The notes: a model not told the origin generated them from the letters alone. A DNA stretch of 64,000 bases from Octopus sinensis (GCF_006345805.1 NC_043015.1:22072001-22136000); one strand, 5' to 3'. Counted from the first letter of the stretch, positions 39,092-54,713 are shown. Program-made: numbers and translations.

Positions 39092-39144
<53 letters not shown>

Positions 39145-39167
39145 TTTGTATGTATATATATATATGC

Positions 39168-39200
<33 letters not shown>

Positions 39201-40329
39201 CATATATGTATATATATATATATATATACATACATACATGTAATATATATATATATGTGTGTGCGTGTGTGTATACTCACACCTATATGTATATATGTTT
39301 GTGTACATAATATATAATAAATATATATGTGTGAATGTACATTGAAATATGCATGCATATACATCTACCTATATTTGGTTACAAACACGTGCAGATATCT
39401 GTACATACATACATACATACATACATACATACATAAACAAGTGTAGAATTACATACAATGTTTAGTCAGTTATGAGAAAATTTACACCAAGAAACGAATT
39501 ATGCTTTATGACTAATATTACTTAAAGTGTTAAGAATGAGATGCATATCTCAAAATACAATCGGAATAAATGACCACACTGGTGCAATGACTAAGCGGAG
39601 TAAATCTGCTTCTCCAAAAATCCTGTTGGTATACACCATGAAGGTACTCTTTATTTTTTCTTTATAAGGTATTATGTAGTTATCAGCCTATTTGGAATAT
39701 AGTATAAGTATTATCTACTTTAATATTGTATAATAATATGTAGTAAAAGAGAAATTAACTACTAGAAGTGTCTACCTTAATGATATTTTTTTCTTGTAGA
39801 AGTGACGTTTATTTATTGAAGAGTATTGATAGTTATTCCTGTCTACAAGTCACCTCTTTTCACACCACTGATGTTGGTCTAAAGGATAATCGTTGGTGCT
39901 TGCTACTCTGCACAGTTATTCACACGCAAAAGCGAGATTATTTAATGTGGAAAACCTGCAGTTGCCGATGATTTCCATCGTTCTCTCTTTACGCCTCTTA
40001 TATTTATCCAGCCAGAAACCGCCATTTGCGACGATACAGTTTCACATACATGTCAATCGTAGAGAAGTTGTAAGGAAAGCAAAGAATTTAATTATCTGCC
40101 GAAAGGAATCTTGGCTAAGTCACGAAATCTTCATCCAATGTTGCACCTTGAATAAGCGCTATTTATATCGGTAAAAGCCAAAGATTGCCGGTGCAGAATT
40201 TGAACTCATGAAGCAGAGTGTTGATTAAGGAGCTTTATAATTGTAAATAAAGCTGAAACAAAATTGATATACGAATATTTAAGTGATGGCATCTCATTTG
40301 GCCTAGTCTGAGCCATTTTGAAAAGAGGA

Positions 40330-40860
40330 GGAGGAGTTAAACGGGCGCAAGCATTTCAATGTTACCTCATTTTATCGACCTTGCAGTGAGGGGTGGGTTA
40401 TATTCTAAACAGACCTCAGTACAATTTGAAATCAGAACGTTACAGAGTGAAACAAATACCGCATATAATTGCACGTACCTTTAAATTATTCTCTCTGCTC
40501 TCCCGTTCTGCGGACTTAAAACAACCTTTCTGATTTTTGCGAACTCGACCTTGGCAGTATTTGAACTAAGAACGCAACAAATCAGAAAAAATACCGCAAT
40601 GCATTGTGTCGACCAGGTAAGAATATTGGTATAAGACTTGAAATATCTGGGGGGGGTGTCAAGTATATCGCCCCCCCCCCCGTATCTGATTGATGCTTAT
40701 TTCATTGACCACAGCTTCTTTTGATCGACCTCGAAAAACTGAAATGCGATGTGGACCACGGCGGAATTTGAACTCACGACATATAAAAACAGATGATTTA
40801 CCGCTAAGCATTTCGTCTGGCGCACTAACAATTCTGCCAGCTAACCACCTATTGAGTACT
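40330..40860 (-). mobile_element. Cluster of three co-oriented degraded SINE family A copies
   Basis: Variants of ggcggaatttgaactcagaacg near 40420, 40555, 40760; the last includes the head (taccgctaagcatttcgtctggcgcactaacaattctgccagct). Confidence 0.7.
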
Positions 40861-43181
40861 TCAGTAATGATATTTGTTGAACACCGTATATACTAAACAA
40901 TCAAAAACAATCATGCGATGTATGAAGCCAACAACTCCATCTGTATACCGTTTTAGAAAACCTAATTGATAGGCAGATAAATTCAATTAGACATTTATAC
41001 AGAAATTAAACTACGTTTAATCGGGAAGATTATAAATATAATAATTATGATAATATTAAAATAGTTGCATTAAATTCATATAGTTTCAAAAATATATTTT
41101 AGGTTGGAATAACAACCAGGTTTATAAATTTATTAGATGTTATAAACGTCACTGTATTATGGAGGCATTCAATTATGTGAGTACTTGTGTATATTCATGT
41201 ACAAAATAATTACAAAGTTATAGTTTTATGAGAGGTGTATATTTATTTTCAGCAACCGTAACTCTTACTTTAATATAAATATTATTAACTTGGCGAAGTA
41301 AACCAAACAATCTGTAAAAGTTTATAATTACTTCCAGCTATAACAAGACAAAATACCTTACGACGAATAAATTTACAGAAAAGAAAAGTAATGAAGGAAA
41401 TTGTAAAACTAAATAAAAAAAACCAAAGTAAAACTGTCCTTGAAGATTTATTCGGAATCATGAATTGTTTAATGAATCATCTTAAGTATGATATAGAATA
41501 TTGAAGTAAAATATTAATTTATAAATTATTCTTGGCTTGGTTTCGCGAGCGAAAATTTACGGAGGAGGAAGTCCACATCTCCCGCAGGCTTGCTGATGCG
41601 CGATGAGTTTAATTTGGCAGAGAAAGGTAACACCGAAGAGACAGCATGGTTAAGTGGGCTGTAGAGAGTTGTTCGTAGAGTTCCTCTCTATTTCTTGTAT
41701 CGTTTGTCTACAAGGATGGTTCTGCGTATCTTTACAAAGGAGACTGAGGACTTGGAGGTCTGCGGCAAAAAATAGACCACTGATGATGATGATGAATGTT
41801 GCAGGTGCCGAGGTATTTCTTTAGGGAGTATTTGACTCTGATCTTGGTGCTCCTCTATCACGGAGACCAGAGGTGAGTTCGCGCGAGTATAGTTTGCCAG
41901 GATAGAGTTCGCCAGAGAAGATTTCACTTGTAGAGAATTCTTTATTGATATACGTTTACGTGGTAATAAATTTGATACAAATAGTGGTTTCTAATTTAGG
42001 TAGAAGGCCAGCAATTTTTATAGAACTTAATATCTGACTCAATATTTTATTGACAGAGGGTAAATTAAAAACAAAACTTAACTTGGTGGAAGTCGAACTC
42101 AGAACGTAAAATACTACACAGGAAAGTTCACCCACAAGACAGTGTTGGGCCCAGGGCTACTGCAGATGACACTTGCAGTGGGAATGATCCCCAAAACCAC
42201 GTGCTCGTTAAACATCTTTTTTAAACACTGATCAATGTCTATGCTTTAATTTTTCTCAAGTGGTTAGAAATTGTAAAAAATTACGCACGTCTGCGCATCC
42301 ACCGCAGACACACATACACACACACAGCGTGCTAATTATTCGAAATAAAGCTTACGTTATTCTTCAAAAGAAAATTGATTTCGACTCAGATTTCCTCCGT
42401 ATCACGTGTGATCTACTGCAATGCCTTCTCGCTACACAACGTTCAGAAATGTATGTCAGTGCTCATTATAAATTCTGTGTTGTCAACTAAGTTTCAGTAG
42501 AGTATTGTATCATTAATTAACGGCAAGACCTAGAAAACAGAGAAAGTTTTTAAAAATTAAAATGTATGATTCTGAATCACACAGAGCTACTAAAGTAACT
42601 GTAATGTGTATTAAACTGTCAAAAGAGGAAAGTGTTGTTGCTCTTGTTTAACCCCAACTCAATTCACCACTCGTGTAAATCTATGATTATAAAGGAAGCC
42701 ATAACTGAGTATGTCATTCTATTAAGCAGTACCCAGATTACATTTTTCTTTCTTCTTTTTTTAGATACTGTTGTTTGAATGAAGTTTAATTTCTAAGTCT
42801 AATAAGTCAAAAGGCCACATTGTAGATCTCAGGAGGATTGCTGCTAGATGTGCTTGAGAAAATCGCTTGATTATCGGATTTAGTTTTCTTGTTGCGTTAT
42901 GCTGTCTCGCCTTAAGCATTTGGTGTTGAAATTCCTCAAACAACGACCAAGACTTTTATATTCCGAGAGAGCTGACCGGTTACGCCGCGTTGCGGTATTT
43001 TCAGTTTGATACTTAACAATTTATGACAATATTGTTATCAGGTTTCACTTAACTCTTACTACATTGTTCTTGCCGTTTCTGAAATTAAGACAAGGAAATG
43101 AATAATCGTTATTATCATGACCATAATTATCAATATTATCATCATCATTGTCACCCTTATTGCTAATATTATCTAAGTCAA

Positions 43182-43435
43182 GGCGGCGAGCTGGCAGAAT
43201 CGTTAGCATGCCAGGCAAAATGCTTAGCGGTATTTCGTCTGCCGCTATGTTCTGAGTTCAAATTCCGCCGAGGTCGACTTTACCTTTCATCCTTTCGGGG
43301 TCGATTAAATACGTACCAATCACGCAATGGGGTCGATATAATCGACTTAATCCGTTTGTCTTTCCTTGTTTGTCCCCTCTGTGTTTAGACCCTTGTGGGT
43401 AGTAAAGAAATAGGTATTTCGTCTGCCGCTACTTT
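43182..43435 (+). mobile_element. tRNA-derived SINE family A, best-preserved copy
   Basis: A-box-like tggcagaatcg (43192-43202), B-box gagttcaaattcc (43254-43266); homologous fragments throughout the window. Confidence 0.9.
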
Positions 43436-43559
43436 CCGCAAAAAAGAGTAAGTAACCCTCTACGGTCACGAATGACCATGGGAATGTACATAGAAAATTA
43501 CCATCTATGGCACAAGTCCGGGTACGGTTGTTTATGGAAAGCCATCAATCGCCACTTTC

Positions 43560-43765
43560 CAAGCCACCAATTTTATCCAAGGGAAAGGCAAAGGTCGATA
43601 CAGCTAGGCCCTAGTGAAACGCACCTAATTTCTGCTGGTGAGCGAACAGGCGGAACGTGAAATGAAATGTCTTGCTCATGAGCACAACACACAAGCTCAT
43701 TAAGGAATCGAACGCTTATCTCATGATGTGAACCCGATCCTCTAAGCATTTGAGTCGTATACCTT
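43560..43765 (-). mobile_element. tRNA-derived SINE family C
   Basis: Minus-strand B-box gttcgattcc (43713-43704) and core tgagcaagacatttcatttcacgttcc shared with 56490-56746. Confidence 0.75.
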
Positions 43766-45179
43766 CACATACTTAGTTTAGAACTCTATCTGTATATAGA
43801 GCAGAGGGAATTTGTTCTGCTGGAATTTCCCCAGAGACGGCAAATGAAAAATATTCCAGTTTTGCCTTTGAACAATATTGCAAGCTTTTTGAAAAGGTGG
43901 AAAGTTTAATTCAGGAATTAGTTTACAACTATTTTCCTTTGTTGTTGTATTAGGTTGTTTGGTTCGATAAATTGAATGTGTTAAGCACACAATTGACTAT
44001 ACTGTTATTGAGTTTCTTAAAGAATTTCGAAAATTAGGCAGAGATTTCCTCGTCTCTCAACGTAAAATCCTTTCAAAGCAGTATCGCCTCTTACGGGTAG
44101 TTGTGCTAATTCATGTATTATTTCTCTACGTAGCATCAGAGAATGCAATAGATCCATTTTACAGTACCATTTTGTAAACGCACGATCCTATGATGAACAA
44201 ATCCAGCGTTTATGTTGTTGGGGTGAAAACAGTTTTAATTGGTGATTTCTGGTATGTAAGCAGAAAGGAACACATATATACTCCTGGTTGCGTTTTCGCA
44301 ACGCAAAACCTGCTCCTACTTTTTTGGACATGAACTTGCCAGGAAGCCTCTGTCTGATCATACGAAATGCTCTGTCACCCGTAGCTAACATTTGTATAAT
44401 GTCCTTCTCTTCCGGATTGTGAAAGCTTATCGTTTAATCTAAATACAGTGAAATTTTAAGACTTCATTTTTTTGGGGGTGGGGGGCATATATAGGTTATT
44501 TAATATTGCTAGCTTTGAAGAATATTAGTATCATTTTCTGCTTCAGTGGGAAATGTCTTGCTTGAGTCAGGAAGGTTATAATTACGCCGACGACCAGGTT
44601 CTTATTGAGAAGACAACATGTAAAAGTAGATTAATTTCTATATTCGTTTGTTGTTAGGTGCCTGCGGCATACTTAATAAATCTCCCCCTTACTAACGTGT
44701 TGTTGTACGCATAGCTCTGTTGAAAGTATTTTCTGTCTCGAGATAGGTAGAATCTCTCTCTCTCTTTTTTTTTTTGTATGATCATTCCCGGGTTTACTAT
44801 TAATGTCGGGGTTTAGACAATGTTTTTGCATAAGTCACAGAATTTAACACCACAAGCTGGTGCTTGCGAAAGGCATGCTGTTGCAAGCACTCAGACCAAA
44901 TATCCATTCTGTGAGATTTTCTAATGCAGAAACACACGATTGGTATTTCTTCCTCCACTTAACATTATTGCTCTTTTGCAGCTCTTCCTTTGAGCTATAA
45001 ACAGTAAAACATGCTCACAGGAAAAATTTGACTGAAGGAAACACTATATAAAATTCAATCTCAATAATACCCCGATGTCCTAAAGTAGAACTTTGTTTTC
45101 TGTTGCCTGGTGATTGCTGCGCTTTTAAACTATTAGTTAGCGTCATTCTTCAGTTCTTTCTAGGTAATGGAATACACGA

Positions 45180-45216
<37 letters not shown>

Positions 45217-46930
45217 ATGATACTGAATGGAAGATTATAGAAAAGGTAGTAATTTAGGTGAAGTGTGAAGCTTGACCACACAAGAGAATGAATGAACTAT
45301 TTTATTAATGACTTCTGTATAGTCAATAGGATAGTTGCTGAGTAGTGGATACGATTATCGGGAAAATAATAAAACGGTAGTATCGGATCACTGGTTGCAA
45401 CTGTTATTGAAGCTTAGCTTTCGAATTAATCCTCTCTCACTATCTGCGAAAAGCAATAATTGAGATATACAGGTCAACCCGTTAATCAGAACGAGGATGG
45501 AATAAATGGTGGTTCTTTGAATTGAGTTTAATAGATGCACAACGATGGACATCTACAGGTTGACATGACCTTGTTACTCTGAATACAACGAATGTGTTTA
45601 TTGATTTTCAAATGATATTCAGATTCTCGAGGTGATATAGACATATCTTCATGACCAGCATAAAGACTATCGTGTTAAATGAAGAGTTATAGAATAAGAA
45701 ACTGCGATAACAAACGGGGTACTCATTAGGTATTATACTGCGTGACACACAATATGTAAAAGAAAAGCTCAAAAAGTCGGTTGGCATAGCCTTAACACGT
45801 TTTACCGTAGCTACTCTCAAAATCTAACAGTATATAAGAATTTACAACATTTTAAAACTGATCCTTAATTTGAAGGATCTAAATCTTGTTTTTCGTTCTT
45901 TCATTCGCATTAAAATTTTAAAATTCTACAAACTTAGAGAACTAAATCCATGAATTACTAACATCTTTTGCTTTACAATATACTAGACTCTTCACTGAAA
46001 GTTATAAGAGTATTAATATAAATGGAAAAGGATAACAAAACTTGACTGCTGTGTCTCAGAGCAATTCGTGCCGTCAATTACGTGAAGCCAACGGCAAGCA
46101 GTTTCTGTTTATGACTCTCAACGTGGCAATTTCATATGCGTGCATCGAAATGATAATGTCTCGAGGATTATCGCTAGAATTTTCGCATATATCCTTAAGG
46201 CGAACTGTGATTAACTTACAGCAATAAATATTTTTTCCCCATTTTTTTAAGGAAACAGAGAACCAATAACAACATACATTGTGAGAAATAATATGTTCTG
46301 TATTTCTCTGAAAAAAAAATGAAGGTGTGTATGTGTGTGTGGGGGGGAGGTAATGTTTTCGAAAAAATAATATGTTTATGAAAGTTGGGATGCTTCTGTA
46401 TTAGATTGGATGTACACTGTTTTCTTAAAAGTGATGAATGATACGATTATGTTGTTTTTTGCTCTTCTGTCGCCAAATAATGGAGTCAAGTCAAAACTAA
46501 ACTCCGGTTAGTAGTTCTATTTTATCGAAAAATATACATACATACACATAAAAACACACACACACACACATATGTCTGTGTGTGTGTATATAGCTTATCT
46601 GTAAGTTAACAAGGCAACCATTGGTTTCATGTGCAAATATATTAAAATAACAGCTGTTCCAAATGATCATCCAACCAGATTATGTATGCATAGATATATA
46701 TACACACGATATATATACACTTACACATACACAGACACACAGAGAGTGTTCATTGTTTGCTAGAAGTAAGTTACATGAGTAGTCAAGGAACAACCTGCAA
46801 CAATCTTCGCAAGTAATAGCGAATAAGAGCAGTTATATGCTCTTATTTTGAGTTCCTTGTGCTGTTTTGCATCAAACCAACGTGTATGCACATATATGTA
46901 CGTATATGTATATACTCCTACATACAAACA

Positions 46931-46986
<56 letters not shown>

Positions 46987-47029
46987 GAATGTGTGTGTAC
47001 ATAAGTTAGAGCAATCATGTATTTACATA

Positions 47030-47170
47030 TATAAACGACGGGCTTCACCCAAATTCACTCACGAGGCTTTGGTCGGCCCTGAAGGAATTTTAGGAAATTT
47101 CTGACCCAAAGTGCCACGCTGTATGGTTGAACCCGAACTCATGTGACTGCAAAGCGAGTTGCTAACCAAA
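47030..47170 (-). mobile_element. SINE family B head
   Basis: gacgggcttc...ggctttggtcggcc...aagtgccacgc...gaacccgaac matches 52998-53100. Confidence 0.7.
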
Positions 47171-48379
47171 ATGTCTTTGTTTTATTTTGCTTATTCTGAG
47201 AACAGTCTATTTAATATAGCCCTAAATGTTCCGTTATGTCTTTAAAACGTTATTTTGTTTAGGTTTGCCTGTGTTAATTACCTTAGAATTCGTCTTAAAC
47301 GGTAAAATGTCATTATCGGTCTTTGTATTACTCTTCTAGTCTACTTTTAAATTAGGACAAAAGGAAATTGATTGGATTTTTCCATGCATTTCTTTCCAAT
47401 GTATATTTTACATATATATGCCATTTTTTGCATAGACGCCTCGTCACCAATTTATATCAATTGCCATCCAGAATTCCATCGCTTTCTTGCGTTATATAAT
47501 TTGGGGGATTACTCTTGTTAGATTCTCCGTCATACGAAATCTGCACCATTATGACCACCAGCATCCTCTAAGCACTTTAATTTCAGGAGAGAAACTGCGA
47601 CATGCATTTTCTGCATCAGTCTCCTACCTGTGCCTAATGTATTGTCAAAAATGTCATGTCTGGTCAGAGCTATTTCCTGTGTAATAGAATTTGGACAGCA
47701 ATCAATTCGTCAATGTCAAATGATATAGAAATGCCTCTAGAAATAGACTAACTGCTGTGATATAGAATTACGTAAGAGAGGAACTACTGTGGATACGAAT
47801 TTCGCTTCATAACATCATACATACAAATTCTATATTTCTTGATTTAACAGTCAAGTCGACAGCCACATCTCATGGTTCATTTTTGGTGTTTCCACTGTGT
47901 GGAGGTTATGCTGGTAACAGAATGCAGTCCACTTGATGGAACAAAGATCATTATGTTGGTACTAAATCGGGCGATGAATTCAATGTATTCTACGGCATAT
48001 TCGATAAGGTATTTCTTGTATCATTCCAGGCCCATCACAAATCTTAGAATGACATGATAAACAAACACTACCTGTAAACACATCGGTAGGATGTTAGTGA
48101 GCTGTAGCCATCATATATCACATGGATTAACACCACCGCCTTGTCATCGATTACCTGCACAAGAGGCAACTTTGAGACTAGTATCTCAGTCACCGTCTGA
48201 ATATAACATCTTTCATTTTCCCCATTATACTCGATAACTGTAATTTATATAGGCATATTGGCCTTATTCCTATATTTAAGCCGGAACAATGAATCAACAA
48301 TCAGATCAATATTATTTATCCTAAAATACCCGCTTTTATTAGGTGTTTTAGGTTTAACCAGGTGAGTCATATCCACATA

Positions 48380-48442
<63 letters not shown>

Positions 48443-50089
48443 AAATATTTTAATAATTACCATTATGATGTCAGTTGAATATTCACAATCTTTCATACTG
48501 ATACACTGAGGCTTTGCTGCTCTCACATTCGCTACGTCTCAATTAATTTAAAATGGCAGAGAATTATTTTCTTGTCTTTTATAGATTAAGCTGATTGAAT
48601 GTAAATTCTCCGTGTGAACGTGTAGAAAACTCGATTGTAACATACAAGTGTAGTATCTTAGAGAGAGAGGTTAGACAGAGCAAGATGTGGGAAAAAGTGA
48701 GATAAGATAAAGAAGGAAAGACAACGGCACGAAAGAGGCAGAGAAACAGAAAGAGAAAACCCTGAACAAGTGCCTTAATATCACAAATGCAAAAGCCAAC
48801 GACGCTGGGAAAACCTAAAGTAACTTTTTCTCTTGTTTAATTGTTTTTTGATTTAGATATTTGATGCAGGTTAAAGATTATCGTTTTTGTATGCTCTTCG
48901 TTGATCAACAGATCAATTACGATGCTTGTTGTTCAGTTATTTATTTTCAAAGTGAAGTTCACTCAAAATATTGTAATTCCAGATAAAATATATTCCTCTA
49001 AATTGTCCAGAGAAAGTCATCTTACCGCAACAGTTGGTCTGCTGGAAATAACAACTAAACCTCTCGCAAATATCGACATTATGATCGTGAAATAAAGAAA
49101 ATCGACATATTGTCACGAAGTTTCATCACAAATCTAGTTGTGGTCTGCACGTGAAGAATACGGTTAATAAAAACATGAACGAGAATGAATACTTCAAGAA
49201 AAGTCACACTATAACTCCATTGGGTTCTCTACAAACGTCTCAGGACGGCAGAGACTGTAGTTCAGCGAGGACATTGCATTGAAACAATGCTATTCGTGAA
49301 ATGATTGTTCAATAATGTTAACTGTGTCAGTTTTGTCTTTCATTTATAGGAACCACTCAGAGAAACATGTACCACTTGCTGGGTGTCTTTCATTTTGGTT
49401 CATAGAGTTCTGTTAGTTTTTTCATTATTATTAAATTGGTTGATATTTCCAGCGACTTATGGACTTTATTGCTTATTTTCTTGTGGACGAATTTCATTTT
49501 GCAATCTGTAAATTTTTAATTTACAACAGCTCACGTTAATTTTAATTGCTTCCTAGCATTCATTTCTCCGTAGAGAATCTATCATTACCATCTCTAATGT
49601 ACTGACGGCATATTTTGCTTCTTATCACCCTCTTGAATCAATCGACGTTTCTTAGTAATTTACACTGGAAACGACGACGATGTATTCATTTCTCTACTCT
49701 TACAAACAACAACAACAACAACAGCAGCAGCAGCAGCAGTCGAAGGAAAAGTAAAAAGTGCACCACTACTACCCTAGAAGAGTTACTAATTGCAAGAAAA
49801 TTATCACATTAAATTTCTTTGCATATTAGCCTGCAAATAAACAACAACAACAACTTCTTCTACGTCAATTATAAAGTGTTATTTTTTGTTTTGTTATTCT
49901 TGTTGTTTGCAAATTGCTGGATTCATTTTCTCAGAAACTTGGTAATTATCTTCAAACATTGCTGAAACAATAAAACATTAAAAACAAAACTAACTATGAA
50001 TATAACGATGCTGCTACTGCCTGTGCTGCTGCTGTTACTACTACTATTGCGAATACTACTAAAATAATGATAATAATAATAATAATATG

Positions 50090-50435
50090 AGGACCCAGAA
50101 ATTGAAGAAACAAAAAATGTGACAACTCAAAGCCAGAAGTGTTCTGTGATTGTGGGTGCCCTAGGGATGTCAGAAACATCTAGATAAGAACCCAGGTGAA
50201 CCATGTCTCAGAGAAATCCAAACGATTTTGATGACATGTACTTCCCACATCCTTAGAAAAACTCTATCGATTTAAATGTCTGTGTTGTATTACATGAAGA
50301 TATTTCGCTACTGTCCCTACTACTCCTCCTCCCCAATCTTTCGGCCATACTGCAACGTCTCTTATCCTTCACTCACCCTAGGACGCCGGATATGTCTCAG
50401 CATGTGATTGTAACTAACACGCAGATTAAAAATAA
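50090..50435 (+). mobile_element. RLE-LINE 3' fragment with (TGA/TAA)n tail
   Basis: Decayed EIEETK..SVIVGALGM and PGEPCLREIQTILMTCTSHILRK; (TGA)n(TAA)n at 50436-50532. Confidence 0.7.
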
Positions 50436-50480
50436 AATGATGATGATGATGATGAAATGATGATGATGATGATAATAATG

Positions 50481-50533
<53 letters not shown>

Positions 50534-50534
50534 C

Positions 50535-50880
50535 TTTTCTTCTCTTGGCACAAATCCTGAATTTTTTGGAGAGTGGGCCAGTCGATTAGATCGACCCCAG
50601 TACGCAACTGCTACTAAATTTATCGACCTCGAAATGATAAAAATAAAAGTCGAGCTCGGCGGAATTTGAACTCAGACGTAAAGACAGATGAAACACTACT
50701 AAGCATTTTGCCCTGCATGCTAACACAATAATCCCTCCTACTAAAGGCACAAGGCCTGAAATTTTGTGTGTGTGGACTAGTCGATTATATCTATCCGTGT
50801 TTCATTGTTACTTGATTTATCAACCTGGCTAGGAAGAAAATTAAAGTCGATCTCGGCGGAATTTGAACTCAATCGTGCTA
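50535..50880 (-). mobile_element. Two head-to-tail SINE family A copies
   Basis: aaagtcga.ctcggcggaatttgaactca at about 50647 and 50843, each preceded by ggcacaa..cctgaa 3' sequence. Confidence 0.85.
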
Positions 50881-51661
50881 GCAATAATAATATTAATTTT
50901 CCCCAGAGTCATTAGTAGTTCACCTCACAAACACGAATATGGAAATACAGCAGATAATCACGTGATTAATATATACCAATTATAGAAACACCCAGAAGCA
51001 GGATTGCAGTTAATACCAAAAAGTAGCCTCTTTCAGTTGTGGTGTCCAAAGTAAAGTCACACTGAAATTAAATCCATTCTCTCCGCGCAGCTGACAATCA
51101 TTTATACTCAAGGAAATTTAGCAAAAGAGAGTGCATACTCTTTACTTTCAACTTTCACTTCACTCGGAGCATGAGGAAATAATGTTAGGAAATCTTCGAC
51201 TCAGAGGAAATTTAACTACACGCTCCAACTCATTAAATCCCGTCCAGTCGCTTTTGTCACGAGCAAAAGTGGTCGACAAATTGATACTGACAATGAGCTC
51301 GAACAACATTTGGATCAACGCTGCGTGCACATCCGTACACAAGTACATTGAGACAAAGTGTTTCCGCTGATTAACCAGACTGCTGAAACTGAGGGTATCA
51401 TTTGACGCTTCACAATGTGAGTTAGACGTAATCGCTTCTTCCGAGTGAAAATACACACATTAGCGAATCAGAATTAATACCGAATAACAATTTTTATATT
51501 CTACTTAACGTGGATGTGTCATTGTAACGACGAATACTGCGGTATTCGCCGTGAGAAATCCTCTCATAAACTGGTACTGTGCTAAAAGTACGCGTATATA
51601 CAAAAACATACTCAGCGCGCGCACACACACACACAATCACACACGCGTGCACACCTATATA

Positions 51662-51726
<65 letters not shown>

Positions 51727-52611
51727 GTGAGTACGTGTACGAAACATTGAGGTAAAGGACAGAAACGTTAGAGATGGAGAAATGTTTGGGAGATATTAGG
51801 AACTGAAAATGCTTTTGAATGCTGCGTCTAGTGGAGGAAAAGTTATCGTTTAAGACTTAAACCATTTAATGCACCACAGTCTGCTCAGATGGCGGTAAAT
51901 TAGACTGATAGAATTTTTAAGAACTCGTTTGTCCTCCTTACTGTCTAGAAAACTTTGGTTCCTTTCTTATATATCACTCAACTTTAACAACTGACAGCGC
52001 ACATTAGCCATCGGACGCGAACAATTACGCGGAAAAATGCTGGGTAAAACACAAAACATAAAAGTAGTAAAAATATATTTCAGAGAGAGTTTAACGGCGA
52101 AACACTTTAAAGTGAAAGTATATTGTCACCTTAATGTGACAGTCCCATGAAAGGGAAGAATGCTACTGTTATTTAGCCCAGGAAATTTGACAGGTCCAAC
52201 AGGAAACGTTTCTTAAGACTAAATAACAGTGAAAATATTCCCTTTCATGGGACTATCACATTAAGTTGACAACACACTATCACTATCGTGCTGCTACTGC
52301 ATATATTTCTCTGGGAGATTTAGAAATGTATCATGACTAAACGCTTTTCCACGCAGTTTGACATGCAGAGAAAAACCCCGCTTCAAAAATAAATTGTAAA
52401 AACACCATACTCTACTCAGAGCATGAGTTGCTCTTGCGTAAGCAGTCCTATCATTGGTTGAAATCAAGAAAGCAACGCTGAGTAGTGGAGAAAAGTTTGG
52501 TATAAATCCCGTAGACATAATAAAAAGTAATTAAAGAACTAAAAACAATATTTTCGTTTCCCTTATTGGGAATGCGAGATTCTACCAGCAAAGTTCGTAA
52601 AATATATTTTT

Positions 52612-53105
<494 letters not shown>

Positions 53106-53112
53106 CTCCTGT

Positions 53113-53154
<42 letters not shown>

Positions 53155-53181
53155 TTTATTTAAAGCAGCAGAAAATTCAAC

Positions 53182-53229
53182 AAAACCTGTTACTCTGAGT
53201 TTCACGTTGCCGTTCATCGGACAGTTTTT
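53182..53229 (-). ncRNA. Minimal hammerhead motif, core CCGAUGA
   Basis: Helix I aaaaactgt/acaggtttt (8 of 9 pairs); CCGAUGA 53220-53214; stem II acg-gcaa-cgt; GAAAC; helix III ACUC-A-GAGU; GUA triplet. Confidence 0.7.
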
Positions 53230-54713
53230 GCTAGAATGGAACCTATTTGTCAATTCTATCCAGACTAGTATAAACGCTAGACCTTTAAAAATGGACTTGT
53301 TTGATTGGTCCTTTACAAATAACCAGAGCGGTACCATACAGACATGGAGCACACAAGAAAAATTTTAAGTGCAATCTTTGTCTGTTAGAGAAACTTTATA
53401 TTTTATTCAAAGAAAATAATTCTTTGAATCAAAGAAGTGAGCTGATGAACTCATGCAGGCACGAAACCAAATTTAAAATGTCAAACATAAATATACCATA
53501 CGGATAGAGTATATTTTGTCTTTTTGTATTTTTGAATTTTTAAATTTTGATTTTTGAATCTTGGACTAGTCTGTAAACGCACCGATGGATTTGTTTCGCG
53601 CTATGCAGATTTCATTCCGTATAGCAAAATCTCGTGCATATATTTTGTTTATTTTGTTTATATTTCTAAATATTCCTTAGGAAAAGCCTTCACTTTAGTT
53701 TATTTCATGTTATTATATTGTATAGGCTTACTTTGATATTTAATTTATAGATGATTCGAAATAGGGTGTTATATTTTACATGTCTTTCGTATATTTTTTA
53801 TTATTACACTCACCATTTTTTAAAAAGCAATGTTGTCAGAACCTAGGCATTTTGATGTAAATATGTGTATAGCCAGGAATATGTATTTGTAAGCATACGT
53901 CTTTGTATATGTGTAAGTGAGCGTATGTTTGTACTTAAGCACATACATACACGATTGTATGTGTATGTATCCACTTGAACTTGTGTGTTTGCGTACTTGT
54001 CTCCATATATATGTGTCAGTATATGTGATTACACAGTTTGTATACATAATTTTTCTTCTTTCGTTTCCCCCCGCCCTCTTTTTTCTTTTTTCTCTTTCTT
54101 CCCTGTTTTTCTCTCTCTTCCTTTCTTTCGTGTTTTCTCTCTTGTAAAGTCCTGTAACTTTACGTCCCCCTCCCTTACCCATGATGTCTTCAACTTTATA
54201 TCGTAAATAAGAACGCCCCTTCCCCATCCATGATTTTAGCTTACAGTCTTTATAGATACAGTGGTTTTGCGTGCGAACTAGATTGCGTATGCATATGTGT
54301 ACATATATTTGTGTGTATATTTTAGCTTTATATTTATAGGTCTGTATATGTATGTGGTATGCACGCATCTATCTGTGTATGTTGATGTATATATGTATAG
54401 TTTAATATGAATATGACTACCGTGTAATATTTTAAAGCATTTTAGCATTTTAATTTCAATTTCCATGTATTAATTATATTTCCTTTATTAATGACAATAT
54501 TAATGACAATATTATTCAATGTAAGGTTTTTCCTCGAATTTTATAATTTATATATATATATATATATATTTTTGTTTGAGCTCATTTTTGTTTATCGCTC
54601 GAAAATTGACCGGTATTTGTAAAGGACCAATGAAACAAGTCCATTTTTAAAGGTCTAGCGTTTATACTAATCTGGATAGAATTGACATATCGGTTCCATT
54701 CTAGCAAACTAGC

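Noticed and set aside
43182-43266. tRNA-like A and B boxes
   Set aside because: No cloverleaf or acceptor stem; continues into a SINE body, so not a tRNA gene.
51131-51456. Overlapping ORFs on both strands in a moderately GC-rich patch
   Set aside because: No recognisable homology or splice pair.
53432-53468. CTGATGA...GAAAC on the + strand
   Set aside because: No stem II or helix I; it is the codon sequence of ELMNSCRHET.
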